Assembly: GCF_964188315.1 (NCBI RefSeq)
Contig: NC_135659.1
Coordinates: forward strand, 42,160,001-42,224,000
Length of the DNA: 64,000 nucleotides
Direction of reading: 5' to 3'
Source of the DNA: Podarcis muralis
Lineage: Eukaryota
Both the position numbers and the translations under genes were made by a program. Positions 27,773-38,470 of the stretch are shown in pieces; the stretch's first letter is position 1; each line of letters opens with the position of its first letter. The notes below the pieces were generated by a model. It did not search any database. It was not told the origin of the DNA and saw only the letters and a program-made list of their open reading frames with translations.

Positions 27773-28410
27773 ATCAAAGTGCTGGTTTTGACCTATAAAG
27801 CCTTAAATGGCTCAGTACTACAATACCTCAGGGACCGCCTCTCCCCTTACAAACCAACCTGGATCATCATCTGAGGCCCTTCTCTCTGTGCCTCCTCCAT
27901 GAGAGGTCCAGAGGTTGGCAACAAGAGAATGGGCTTTTCTGCAGTGGCTTCCCGTTTTGGGAATGCTCTTCCCAGGGAGGTTCATCTGACGCCTTTGTTA
28001 CACATATTTAGGCACCAAGCAAAATCATTCCTCTTGTCCCAGACCTCTGGATAATTAAACAATCAATGACCTTTTAAACTGTGTGTGGCGGGGTATCATT
28101 TTTGTTCTTACTATGTTATGCATTTTTGTGTTTTAGTACAGTGGTACCTTGGGTTAAGAACTTAATTTGTTCTTGAGGTCTGTTTTTACCTGAAACTGTT
28201 CTTAACCTGAAGCACCACTTTAGCTAATGGGGCCTCCTGTTGCCGCTGTGCTGCTGCTGCACGATTTTTGTTCTCATCCTGAAGCAAAGTTCTTAACCCA
28301 AGGTATTATTTCTGGGTTAGCGGAGTCTGTAACCTGAAGCGTATGTAACCCGAGGTACCACTGTAATGTAAACTGCCCTGTAATCCTCGGATGAAGGGAA
28401 GTATAGAATC
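27773..28410 (+). mobile_element. L2 LINE 3' fragment, interrupted by a MITE
   Basis: Decayed KVLVLTYKALNG...YLRDRLSPY...RAFSAVA..WNALPRE (L2 RT C-terminus), then a T-rich UTR and a TGTAAACTGCCCTG...GATGAAGGG..TATAGAA end, followed by (TCTA)n. Confidence 0.75.
28139..28363. mobile_element. Tigger-like MITE (CAGTGGTACCTCGGGTT family), copy A
   Basis: TA|CAGTGGTACC...GGTACCACTG|TA ends; the interior is shared with four other copies. Confidence 0.9.
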
Positions 28411-28455
28411 TATCTACCTATCATCTATCTATCTACATCTATCTATCCATCTATC
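28409..28455. repeat. Imperfect (TCTA)n microsatellite
   Basis: Directly visible. Confidence 0.85.
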
Positions 28456-29579
28456 TGGTGCTAAAATGTCTTGGGTTAGCCCTGCTTGGGATCCATTAGA
28501 TCCTGGGCTAGTTCAGCCCATCCCTGGCATACCCTGTTTTAGGGTTTTCTATGGGCAGTGACCCCAATGTTAGTAGAATGATGCTGGCAGGGCTGGGAAG
28601 AGATATACCCAGCCCCTACTAAGGCACAAAGGAGAAATGGACTTCTGAGTAACTTTTTCAAGATTATTTTATTTCAAAAAAATTATGTTGCATTAGTTGC
28701 TCTGATTGGCTTTCTTTTAGTGCTACTGATGTGGCATATACATTATGAAGGGAAGAAAGAAAATTAAATTTCCCAATAACAAAACTACAAATCCCAGTGT
28801 TCTGTGGTTTGGAGCTATGCTGTGTCCTTGCCTTCAGGTTAGGTGGAAGAAAAGGAAAAACAGACATCAGTTCTCCTCTCTTCCTTGTAATGGAGCATAA
28901 GAAACAGGGGTCATAATATAAGGGGTGTAAGAGAGGGAGTAAGAGTGAATAGCCTGGTTGCAGCAGAAATGTTTTTAGCTCAACAGAACCTTTTTCTTTA
29001 AATACACATTTTATATTTTACTGACAATAATAAAATTCAGCCACCACCACAGATATTCTAGGATAAACCTTCTTTAGGTCAGCAAGTTATGTGGCTGGCT
29101 GTTTAACTGGCTGCTTCCCAGCTCCTCTATTGATCGACTTTGCAGTCAATACAATTAAGATGATGCTTGGTTGCCTGATTTATAAAAGAGAATGAGCCAA
29201 CCTTCACCATCTTTAAATATAATTCCTTTTATTCTGAAAGATCCCTGAAGTGTATTCAAAATTTTGAATGTCATGGGTGAGACTTCAGCTACATTTTAGC
29301 TTTAAAGCTTCACTCAAATTAACTTTGGGAAGCTATTTCTATTCTCTCTATGACCTTGGTCTTAATGTAAGTTGAACAGCAAACCTGTGACAAATGTGAT
29401 CTCTCATCTGTCTCTGTATACAAGAATTGCTGGAGCTTAAGGAATACTTTTGTCTCTCAGGAAAGCTCACAACTTTTATTAACGGGTCAAAATTCCGTCA
29501 AGGATAGGCATTTATAAGGAAGGAAGGGCTGTTTACAGGTTATTTGGTTTCATTATGTCTAATTTTGGGAGTGGGTGAT

Positions 29580-30030
29580 ATGTCATGCTCCTTCTTGAGT
29601 AGTTGGTTGACCTTTGGTCCCCACCCTGCACTCAGCTCTCACCTGCGGCTTCTAGAAGCTGTCAGTGTGTGACAGCGGCCATACCCCGGGAATGGCTTCA
29701 ACTTGCTGGCTGAACCAGGTGAGGGTAGCTGATGGGTCTCAAGCCCTCAGTGAGTTAGGGACTTCCCCTGCATGCAGTCACAGCCTCCAGTGGATTGAGT
29801 GGACAAGACCAATAGTGGGTCCAACGGTCAAGAAAGTGGTTTCTGCATGTGCTGTAGAGGGAAGTGAGGGGCAGATGGGGCTCATCAACCTGGGAAACAA
29901 GCCCATATAGGAGAAGGAAAACTCTGATCCTAAACTTCCACTGTGTTGTGGGATAGCTTCGGGGGAAGGAAAGTCTAAAGAAGAAACCCTACACAAACCC
30001 AGAGTGGAGTCCCTAAGATGGTTGGCCAAA
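29580..30030 (+). mobile_element. Probable RTE-clade LINE 5' region fragment
   Basis: Contains GGGCTCATCAACCTGGG...AGGAGAAGGAAAACTCTGATCCTAAAC, a block I associate with RTE-type 5' ends. No ORF is recognisable. The family call is from memory only. Confidence 0.45.
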
Positions 30031-30689
30031 TGTATTGCTCTGTTTTCCTTTGGATCATATCACCAAGGACGAGAGCAGGGTCCTGCCCTCTGGGCAGCCC
30101 AAGATTTCCATACACACTTCGCAGGCTTGCATCCCAGGAAGGTCACTTTGGTACTTCTAATGTAGCAGATTGGCTTCACCTGTGGAGGCACACTCCGTTG
30201 TCTCTCGAGACAGATGGGTGCCAACAACAATGTCTAATTTTGGTAATGCGTATTTACCTTATAATGTTGTGTGGCATACATAATTGAAACTCAGAAATGT
30301 GTGTTGGTCCCCCCATGTTTAGAACCCACTTTTAAATGTCTCTGTCATGTAGACATAGCTTAAAGAAATCCTGTGTGAATAGTACTCCCTTTTATTCAAA
30401 CCTCTGTGTACCAAAAGAACTAGAGATTCCAGGCCTTTCCAATAAACGAGGCAATTGTGTATTATTTGCTCATTGTGCAAGATATGCTGAATTGCATGCC
30501 AACGTGCCATTCCTTTGAAACCGTTGGCCTTGTCCACAGGAAGAACTCACAAACAGGTAAAGTAGCACACTAAACCAACTAAGCCTCTTAATCAAAAACA
30601 TGGTTGCAAACCTTTTCCTATGATGAAAAGTTAGAATATTTTGGACACTTTGGTTTAGAAGGAAGGCAACGAAGAACAAGGGAGGCGGG

Positions 30690-31175
30690 GGAGAGACATG
30701 ATAGAAGTGTGTGAAATGATGTGTGCTGTGGAAAAAGTGGATAGGGATAAGTCTCCCCCCCCCATCTTTCACAATACAGTGGTACCTCGGGTTACATACG
30801 CTTCAGGTTACATACGTTTCAGGTTACAGACTCCGCTAACCCAAGAATAGTACCTTGGGTTAAGAACTTTGCTTCAGGATGAGAACAGAAATCGTGCTCC
30901 AGTGGCGCAGCGGCAGCAGGAGGCCCCATTACCTAAAGTGGTGCTTCAGGTTAAGAACAGCTTCAGGTTAAGAACGGACCTCCGGAATGAATTAAGTACT
31001 TAACCCGAGGTACCACTGTACCAGAAGTAGGGGTTAATCCAATGAAGCTGAATGTTAGAAGATTCAGGACAGACAAATGGAAGTATTTATGCATAGGGCG
31101 CATAGTTAAACTATGGAATTTGCTCTTACAAGAGGTAGCGATGAACTTGGATGGCTTCACTTGGCTTGAGTTGTG
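30690..31175 (+). mobile_element. Old CR1 3' fragment split by a MITE
   Basis: With 30777-31020 removed it reads like GDMIEV..(M)..VEKVDR...HNTR.RG.PMKLNV.RFRTDK.KY...RIVKLWN.L.QEV, homologous to the C-terminus of the intact ORF2. Confidence 0.75.
30777..31018. mobile_element. Tigger-like MITE, copy B (opposite orientation to A)
   Basis: Perfect TIRs CAGTGGTACCTCGGGTTA and TAACCCGAGGTACCACTG, with TA duplication. Confidence 0.92.
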
Positions 31176-34100
31176 GTTTGCATCCTACATTTCTCCAACT
31201 TCAAAAAAGGAAAAGAAGGAAGCCAGGTTGAAGTAACAAAAACAAAACAAAACAAAAAACCCTTTGGATGACCTGTGCATTCCCTAGCAGATGAGGGTCA
31301 GTGGGAGCTGATTGAGAACGATGAACACATTATTGATCTCATGCACATTATATTGTAATGCTGACTGTAGAGGTTTCTCCGTCACATAGCTGCATATCTA
31401 TACCCTGTGTTAATTAATGCCCCACATTGTTTGTTTTTTGGCTTGTGCAAGACTTCTTATTTTTTATAGAATTTGCTCATCCAGAGGATCTAGGTTAGGG
31501 ATGGCTAACTTTCTGGCATGATGGTCGCATCTGGGGTGGCTGACCTTTAAGGGATGCATGTCAGCATGCCTGCATGAGTGGTCATGGCCAAAGTGGTCTC
31601 ACTCACTCACACACTCACTCACTCATGCATGCACACAGATGCGTGCCACACAAACACATCCACCCCACACATGTGCTGCACACCCTCTTTTTCAGTCACA
31701 CACAAACGTGCAGGCACACATCACACATCCATGTACACACCACACTCAGCTTAATCATTGCACTGATCTGAGAGGAGCATAAATCTTTTCACTCAGCTCA
31801 GCGCTGTGATGGGACAATTTCTGCTTGCCTTTGGCCCTCTGTTTCCCCATCCAAGGCATCTCTTCTCTCTCTGGCACAGCATCATTGCTAGGATATCTTT
31901 GCTCTCAAGTGGACCCAAGTCCTTCCTGTTTACTGACAATAAGACCTCCTATAGGAATGGCATTGTGCCAGAGGCAGAAGAGTGCCCAATTTTGCTGTGG
32001 GGGGCCCTGGGGGCTGCTTGGAGCAACTTGGCAGGCTGCATGTGAGCCAAAGACTCACTTCCCCACCCTAAATAGAGAAGGCTTTTTGTTTTATATCTTC
32101 CCTTTCTCTCCACACATGTACCTCAAAGTATGCTAACTTGATTTACTCTGTCATCCTTTTGTGCTTAACATGTACCTCATCTCTTTCCCACAAACTACCA
32201 GTTTCTTTCATTCCTCCTCCTTGCCCTTTCTTGCATTCATGTTTTCTCCCTATAACAGTTACAGTCTCTTATCCCTTTTCTTTTTATTCTCACTTTATTA
32301 TTTTTAAAACAACAACAACAATCCTTTATCACACATTCCAGTTTTCTTCCACACCCCCTCTGGCCCCTTCCCCTCCGAGAAGGAAGACCTTCTTTCCCTA
32401 GTCTCTCTCCCATCCCAAAATTTCAAGGTTTCCTGGCCAACATTTCTCATTTTGCAGGGTGTTGCTGGCGCTGGTCTAGCCAAAAGGTTTAAGCACAGCC
32501 AGGCACTGGGCACGCTATGGCACTGAGACCTACCTGAAGGTGGCGTGAGGTCCAATGATGGGCCATGGACCACTGTTTGAGGAACAGTGGCTAAGTGGTT
32601 GCACAGAAGGTTGTTGCTGTTAATGTGCCATTCCATAAATCCTACCTCCATCAGACCAGATATCCTTCTCTAGGAGAAATCTCACAGCAACAGCCTTTAT
32701 CCGTGCCCCTGTTGTAATTGCTAGGCCGAAGTTGTGTTTTAATTGATGAAATGTGCTATACAGCATGACAAAATTGGGAGGGGGCTGGGGAGAATCTAAG
32801 AAACCTTTTGTTACCCTTTGGAAATGTGACGAAAGTGCCAGAAGTTAAAACTCTTAGGGCTGAAATGAAATAACAGAAGCTCTCCATCCCTTCCTGAAGA
32901 CACTCATTAGATTTCACTTATCACATTCTGTTTCCATGGATTTGATCCAAAATAAAGGATGGAAAGTTATTAAGCAAGTGATAGTTTCAAAGCTCCAAGT
33001 GTCATCACTCACTGTGGATACACAGATACTTGGGGAGGGAGAGTCTTCATTACTAAGAGCTTTATTAATACTGTCATTTCCACAGGGGAGGCGCAGTTAC
33101 TGTGGTGACAGGAGCTCGAAAGATGCAAGACAAGATTTTGACTAGGTACATAAATATACCAAGAATGCTTGCATGTTCCTAAGGTGCAGTATGCCAGTCA
33201 TCACAAGGAACCATGTAAAAGGGAAAGCAGATTGCAGTCTAAGACAAGATGCAAGTTTAAGAGGTTCTAGGTTCAGCTTTAACGTTAAGCAACACATTTA
33301 ATACAACGGGATATGTTTCCACTTTTGACTTGCTCCCACTTGCAATTCCTAGGGGAATGATCTTACCAAAGTTCCATTCACTTCAATGTGATTTTTAATA
33401 TATAATTACCATTTGAGGATTAAGATTGATTTCCTATGCCCAGTTTTTATTCTGGGCATTCATTTGCAGTCAGTTATAGTATAATGGAGACGTAAACATG
33501 TGAAAGTCAAAGAATGTGAAAATGAACATTAGATTCCCCCCCCCCTTCATGTGGTAATATCTTCACAAGTAGCCATTCATTTATTAATTATTTAAGGCAT
33601 TTATCTGCTGCGCTTTGTAATATTTATCCCTGCACAATTTACAATGCAGTTAAAGCAAAACCGTAATAAAATATAAAACAGCTCAGCTTAATAAACAAAC
33701 TGCACAATTAAATATCCATTAACACAGCAGAATAGAAACTTCATACCCGGACTTCAGGAAATGACAAGAGAGTCACAACAAAACCGTCCACTTCTTCACT
33801 AACACCAGATCCAGAGTGTGACCTGTCACATGTTTGTGGCTGTTGACTTTATTGGAACAACCTCACATTCAGCATGGTAGTCATAAGGTAACCTTTGAAG
33901 AGACTATGGTGAGGGAAACTTGGAGCTTATGCTGGTACTGTCCCCAAAACCCAAGTGGAAACATTTGAAAGAGGGCAGCTCCTTAAGGTTCATCTGCTAA
34001 TGGCTTGGTAAGTATATCAGGTTGGTTCCCTCCTCCAAGATCAGATAATAGAAAACTGATTTTTTTTTTATTACAAACTTAGTGGCATTAAGCAACAGCA

Positions 34101-34378
34101 GCACTTGTCAAGTCGGCATGACCACTCACATTCCCCAAGGTAGAGAAGAAGACTGGGACAGAACTTAATAGTCCCTCCCTATCAGAGTTTGCAGGGCAGC
34201 AGCTGAAGAAGGTGCAAAAAAGAATTTTCTTGTGTGTGTTACTTGTGGCTGATTAGCTGATTTCTTTTAGATTTAGGGAATCCATCTTTTAGATTTAGGG
34301 GAGCTAGTCTCACACGTTTGTTGGCGGAGAACTAGGGTTTTTTTGGGGGGAGTTATTTGTCCTGTCTTCACGCTTTTT

Positions 34379-35452
34379 ATGATGGAGGACCGCTGTAGTC
34401 ACCCCCAACGACATGTTCTCAAGATGGAGGGTGAGGGAACAGCTGCAGTCGCCTGCGATTCCTGCGCAATGTTTGCCATCTTGCCAAAGGTTGCAGGCAG
34501 CTTTACTTGCAGCAATTGCATGTTGATTGCACTCTTACAAGACAAAGTCCAGCAACTGGAGGAACGTGTAGCTACGCTCCAAAGAATTAGAGAGCTAGAG
34601 CTCTTCTTGGAAGCAACAGAGCACACCGTCTCCACCAAGGAGGAGACAGGGGACTCCCCTGAGAAGGAGGCTAGTTCACCAACACAGGAGCCAGATATAT
34701 GGAGAAACGTGACTCAAAGAAGTAGGAGGCCCAGGGTTCGCTCTGATTGTTTAGAAATACACAATCGCTTTGAGGTCCTCTCCCCTAGCATGGAAGACGA
34801 AGAGCAGACTCCATTTGAGGATCTCTCCCTCATTACAGTTGATCAGGTATATGAAGACGAGCAGCAAAGTCAGTCCTCAGGGAATGTGCAGGCGACCTTG
34901 GAACGGACAGCTCACGGAAGAACCCCGACCAGACCTAAGAGGAGGCGTGTAGTGGTGATAGGGGATTCCCTACTGAGGGGAACAGAAGCAGTGATCTGTG
35001 GGCCTGACAAGATGTCTCGGGAAGTGTGCTGTCTCCCCGGGGCTAAGATCCAAGATGTAACTGAACGACTGCAAGGAATCATAAAACCCACTGACAAATA
35101 CCCCTTCCTCTTGGTTCATGTGGGAACCAATGACACTGCAAGCAATAGCCTCCAGAGGATCAAAAGAGACTACGAGGCTCTGGGCAGGAAATTGAAGCAA
35201 TTAAATGCACAAATTGTCATCTCATCTGTCCTCCCAGTTGAACGACGTGGCCCAGGGAGAGAGGGAAAAATAGTGGAAGTGAACAACTGGCTTCGCAAAT
35301 GGTGTAAACAGGAACGGTTTGGATTCTTAGATCACGGGCTGCAGCTTCTTAAAGATGGACTTCTGGCAAGCGATGGGCTGCACCTCACAACGGTTGGGAG
35401 GAATGTTTTTGCCAAAAATCTCAGAAACCTCATCAGGAGGGCTTTAAACTGA
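34379..35452 (+). CDS. CR1 ORF1 protein: zinc-finger/leucine-zipper plus SGNH/GDSL esterase domain
   Basis: CDSC...CSNC finger and an [21 protein letters not shown] coiled coil. SGNH blocks [27 protein letters not shown] and DGLHL. First ATG at 34379; the strong-Kozak ATG (aagATGG) at 34424 may be the real start. TGA at 35450-35452. Confidence 0.92.
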   Translation: MMEDRCSHPQRHVLKMEGEGTAAVACDSCAMFAILPKVAGSFTCSNCMLIALLQDKVQQLEERVATLQRIRELELFLEATEHTVSTKEETGDSPEKEASSPTQEPDIWRNVTQRSRRPRVRSDCLEIHNRFEVLSPSMEDEEQTPFEDLSLITVDQVYEDEQQSQSSGNVQATLERTAHGRTPTRPKRRRVVVIGDSLLRGTEAVICGPDKMSREVCCLPGAKIQDVTERLQGIIKPTDKYPFLLVHVGTNDTASNSLQRIKRDYEALGRKLKQLNAQIVISSVLPVERRGPGREGKIVEVNNWLRKWCKQERFGFLDHGLQLLKDGLLASDGLHLTTVGRNVFAKNLRNLIRRALN

Positions 35453-35457
35453 CTAAT

Positions 35458-38379
35458 GTGGGGGAGGGAGACAGTGCTCCTGAAGGTAGGAGTCTATCAA
35501 TTGATGAAGATGATCATCCAAATGTCATAGACCAAATGGAGCAAAGAGCACACAGACCTAGTGGTGGGAGGAAAAAATCCTTAAATAAGAGACACGGGGG
35601 AATGATTAATGGACTTCAATGTCTGTACACTAATGCGCAAAGCATGGGAAATAAACAAGATGAGCTTGAGCTCTTGGTACAGCAAACTAAATATGACATA
35701 ATAGGCATCACTGAAACCTGGTGGGATAAGTCCCACGATTGGAATGTAATAATCGAGGGATACAATCTATTTCAGAGAAACAGACCAGACAAGAAAGGAG
35801 GAGGAGTGGCGTTATATGTCAGGGATGTGTATACCTGTGAAGAGATCCAAGATTTAGAACCTCAAAGCCAAAGTGAGAGCATTTGGGTCAAAATTAAGGG
35901 AGAGAAGAATAACAGAGACCTCATTGTGGGAGTTTACTATAGATCCCCAAGCCAAACGGAGGACATAGATGATGCCTTCCTGGAACAGATGGCCAAGCAT
36001 GCAAAAGGAAGGGAGATAGTAGTAATGGGGGACTTCAATTACCCGGATATTTGTTGGATGTCAAACTCAGCCAAGAGCATAAGGTCAAACAGATTCCTCA
36101 CTGGACTTGCAGACAACTTCATTGTCCAGAAAGTGGGAGAAGCAACAAGAGGAACAGCCATTTTAGATCTGGTCCTAACCAATGTTGATGACCTGGTTAG
36201 TGGGGTAGAAGTGGAAGGATCATTAGGCGCGAGTGATCATGCTCTTCTAAAGTTTACTATACAGCGGAAAGGAGCAGCCAAGCTTACTAGGACTCAATTT
36301 CTTGACTTTAAGAAAGCCGACTTCATAAAACTTAGGGAAGTGCTGGGTGAGATCCCATGGACAGTAATACTAAAAGGAAAGGGAGTTCATGATGGCTGGG
36401 AGTTTGTTAAGAGGGAGATAGTAAAAGCACAACTTCAGGCAATACCAATGAGACGGAAACATGGAAGGTGCCTAAAGAAACCAGGGTGGCTATCTAAAGA
36501 ACTTTTAACTGAGTTAAGATTAAAAAAGGATGTGTACAAAAAATGGAAAAGGGGGGAAACCACCAAAGAGGAATTCAAACAAATAGCCAGCACGTGTAGA
36601 CACAAAGTCAGAAAAGCTAAAGCACAGAATGAACTCAGGCTTGCTAGAGAGGTTAAAAGCAACAAAAAAGGCTTTTATGGGTATGTTCGTAGCAAAAGGA
36701 AGAACAAAGAAACAGTGGGGTCACTCAGAGGAGAAGATGGTGAAATGCAAACAGGGGACACAGAAAGGGCTGAACTCCTCAATGCCTTCTTTGCCTCAGT
36801 CTTCTCCGATAAAGAAAACAATGCCCGACCTGAAGAATTTGGAGCAAATGATTCAGCAGAGGAAACACAGCCCAGAATAACTAAGGAGATAGTACAAGAA
36901 TACTTGGCTAGTCTAGATGTATTCAAGTCTCCAGGGCCAGATGAACTGCATCCAAGAGTATTAAAAGAACTGGCAGATGTGATCTCAGAACCACTGGCAG
37001 TCATCTTTGAGAATTCCTGGAGAACAGGCGAAGTCCCGGCAGACTGGAGGAGGGCAAATGTTGTACCTATTTTCAAAAAGGGGAAAAGAGAGGACCCAAA
37101 TAATTACCGCCCAGTCAGTCTGACATCAATACCAGGGAAGATTCTGGAGCAGATCATTAAGCAAACAGTCTGTGAGCACCTAGAAAGGAATGATGTGATC
37201 ACCAATAGTCAGCATGGATTTCTGAAAAATAAGTCATGTCAGACTAACCTGATCTCGTTTTTTGACAGAATTACAACCCTGGTAGATGAAGGGAACGCAG
37301 TGGATGTAGCCTACCTTGATTTCAGCAAGGCATTTGACAAGGTGCCCCATGATATTCTTGTAAAGAAGCTGGTAAAATGCGGACTTGACTATGCTACCAC
37401 TCAGTGGATTTGTAACTGGCTGACTGACCGAACCCAAAGGGTGCTCATCAATGGTTCCTCTTCATCCTGGAGAAGAGTGACTAGTGGGGTGCCACAGGGT
37501 TCTGTCTTGGGCCCGGTCTTATTCAACATCTTTATCAACGACTTGGATGATGGACTCAAGGGCATCCTGATCAAATTTGCAGATGACACCAAACTGGGAG
37601 GGGTGGCTAACACCCCAGAGGACAGGATCACACTTCAAAACGACCTTGACAGATTAGAGAACTGGGCCAAAACAAACAAGATGAATTTTAACAGGGAGAA
37701 ATGTAAAGTATTGCACTTGGGCAAAAAAAATGAGAGGCACAAATACAAGATGGGTGACACCTGGCTTGAGAGCAGTACATGTGAAAAGGATCTAGGAGTC
37801 TTGGTTGACCACAAACTTGACATGAGCCAACAGTGTGACGCGGCAGCTAAAAAAGCCAATGCAATTCTGGGCTGCATCAATAGGAGTATAGCATCTAGAT
37901 CAAGGGAAGTAATAGTGCCACTGTATTCTGCTCTGGTCAGACCTCACCTGGAGTACTGTGTCCAGTTCTGGGCACCACAGTTCAAGAAGGACACTGACAA
38001 ACTGGAACGTGTCCAGAGGAGGGCAACCAAAATGGTCAAAGGCCTGGAAACGATGCCTTATGAGGAACGGCTAAGGGAGCTGGGCATGTTTAGCCTGGAG
38101 AAGAGGAGGTTAAGGGGTGATATGATAGCCATGTTCAAATATATAAAAGGATGTCACATAGAGGAGGGAGAAAGGTTGTTTTCTGCTGCTCCAGAGAAGC
38201 GGACACGGAGCAATGGATCCAAACTACAAGAAAGAAGATTCCACCTAAACATTAGGAAGAACTTCCTGACAGTAAGAGCTGTTCGACAGTGGAATTTGCT
38301 GCCAAGGAGTGTGGTGGAGTCTCCTTCTTTGGAGGTCTTTAAGCAGAGGCTTGACAGCCATATGTCAGGAGTGCTCTGA
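35458..38379 (+). CDS. CR1 ORF2 protein: apurinic-like endonuclease plus reverse transcriptase (start mode uncertain)
   Basis: 973-codon open frame. APE motifs YTNAQS, GITETWW, GDFN, LDLVL and SDH. RT motifs [27 protein letters not shown] and FADD. CR1-type C-terminus ([21 protein letters not shown]). The frame is open from 35353, and the first in-frame ATG is at 35536. Confidence 0.96.
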   Translation: MGEGDSAPEGRSLSIDEDDHPNVIDQMEQRAHRPSGGRKKSLNKRHGGMINGLQCLYTNAQSMGNKQDELELLVQQTKYDIIGITETWWDKSHDWNVIIEGYNLFQRNRPDKKGGGVALYVRDVYTCEEIQDLEPQSQSESIWVKIKGEKNNRDLIVGVYYRSPSQTEDIDDAFLEQMAKHAKGREIVVMGDFNYPDICWMSNSAKSIRSNRFLTGLADNFIVQKVGEATRGTAILDLVLTNVDDLVSGVEVEGSLGASDHALLKFTIQRKGAAKLTRTQFLDFKKADFIKLREVLGEIPWTVILKGKGVHDGWEFVKREIVKAQLQAIPMRRKHGRCLKKPGWLSKELLTELRLKKDVYKKWKRGETTKEEFKQIASTCRHKVRKAKAQNELRLAREVKSNKKGFYGYVRSKRKNKETVGSLRGEDGEMQTGDTERAELLNAFFASVFSDKENNARPEEFGANDSAEETQPRITKEIVQEYLASLDVFKSPGPDELHPRVLKELADVISEPLAVIFENSWRTGEVPADWRRANVVPIFKKGKREDPNNYRPVSLTSIPGKILEQIIKQTVCEHLERNDVITNSQHGFLKNKSCQTNLISFFDRITTLVDEGNAVDVAYLDFSKAFDKVPHDILVKKLVKCGLDYATTQWICNWLTDRTQRVLINGSSSSWRRVTSGVPQGSVLGPVLFNIFINDLDDGLKGILIKFADDTKLGGVANTPEDRITLQNDLDRLENWAKTNKMNFNREKCKVLHLGKKNERHKYKMGDTWLESSTCEKDLGVLVDHKLDMSQQCDAAAKKANAILGCINRSIASRSREVIVPLYSALVRPHLEYCVQFWAPQFKKDTDKLERVQRRATKMVKGLETMPYEERLRELGMFSLEKRRLRGDMIAMFKYIKGCHIEEGERLFSAAPEKRTRSNGSKLQERRFHLNIRKNFLTVRAVRQWNLLPRSVVESPSLEVFKQRLDSHMSGVL

Positions 38380-38442
38380 TGGTGTTTCCTGCTTGGCAGG
38401 GGGTTGGACTCGATGGCCCTTGTGGTCTCTTCCAACTCTATG

Positions 38443-38470
38443 ATTCTATGATTCTATGATTCTATGATTC
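38443..38470 (+). repeat. CR1 3' terminal (ATTCTATG)n octamer tail
   Basis: ATTCTATG x3 plus ATTC, with perfect units, directly after the 3'UTR. Confidence 0.95.

Larger units (their letters stand above)
34036..38470 (+). mobile_element. Full-length CR1 non-LTR retrotransposon (LINE); 5' boundary approximate
   Basis: Two uninterrupted ORFs, a short 3'UTR and an (ATTCTATG)x3.5 tail at 38443-38470, which is the typical CR1 terminal octamer. Candidate TSD TTCCCTCCTC at 34026-34035 and 38468-38477 (low complexity and overlaps the tail, so the 5' end is tentative). Confidence 0.95.

Noticed and set aside
31560-31790. His/Thr-rich ORFs
   Set aside because: Cryptic (CA)-rich low-complexity sequence.
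34399-38435. Antisense and alternative-frame ORFs overlapping the CR1 ORFs
   Set aside because: Short (at most 133 aa) shadows of the coding strand, with no motifs.
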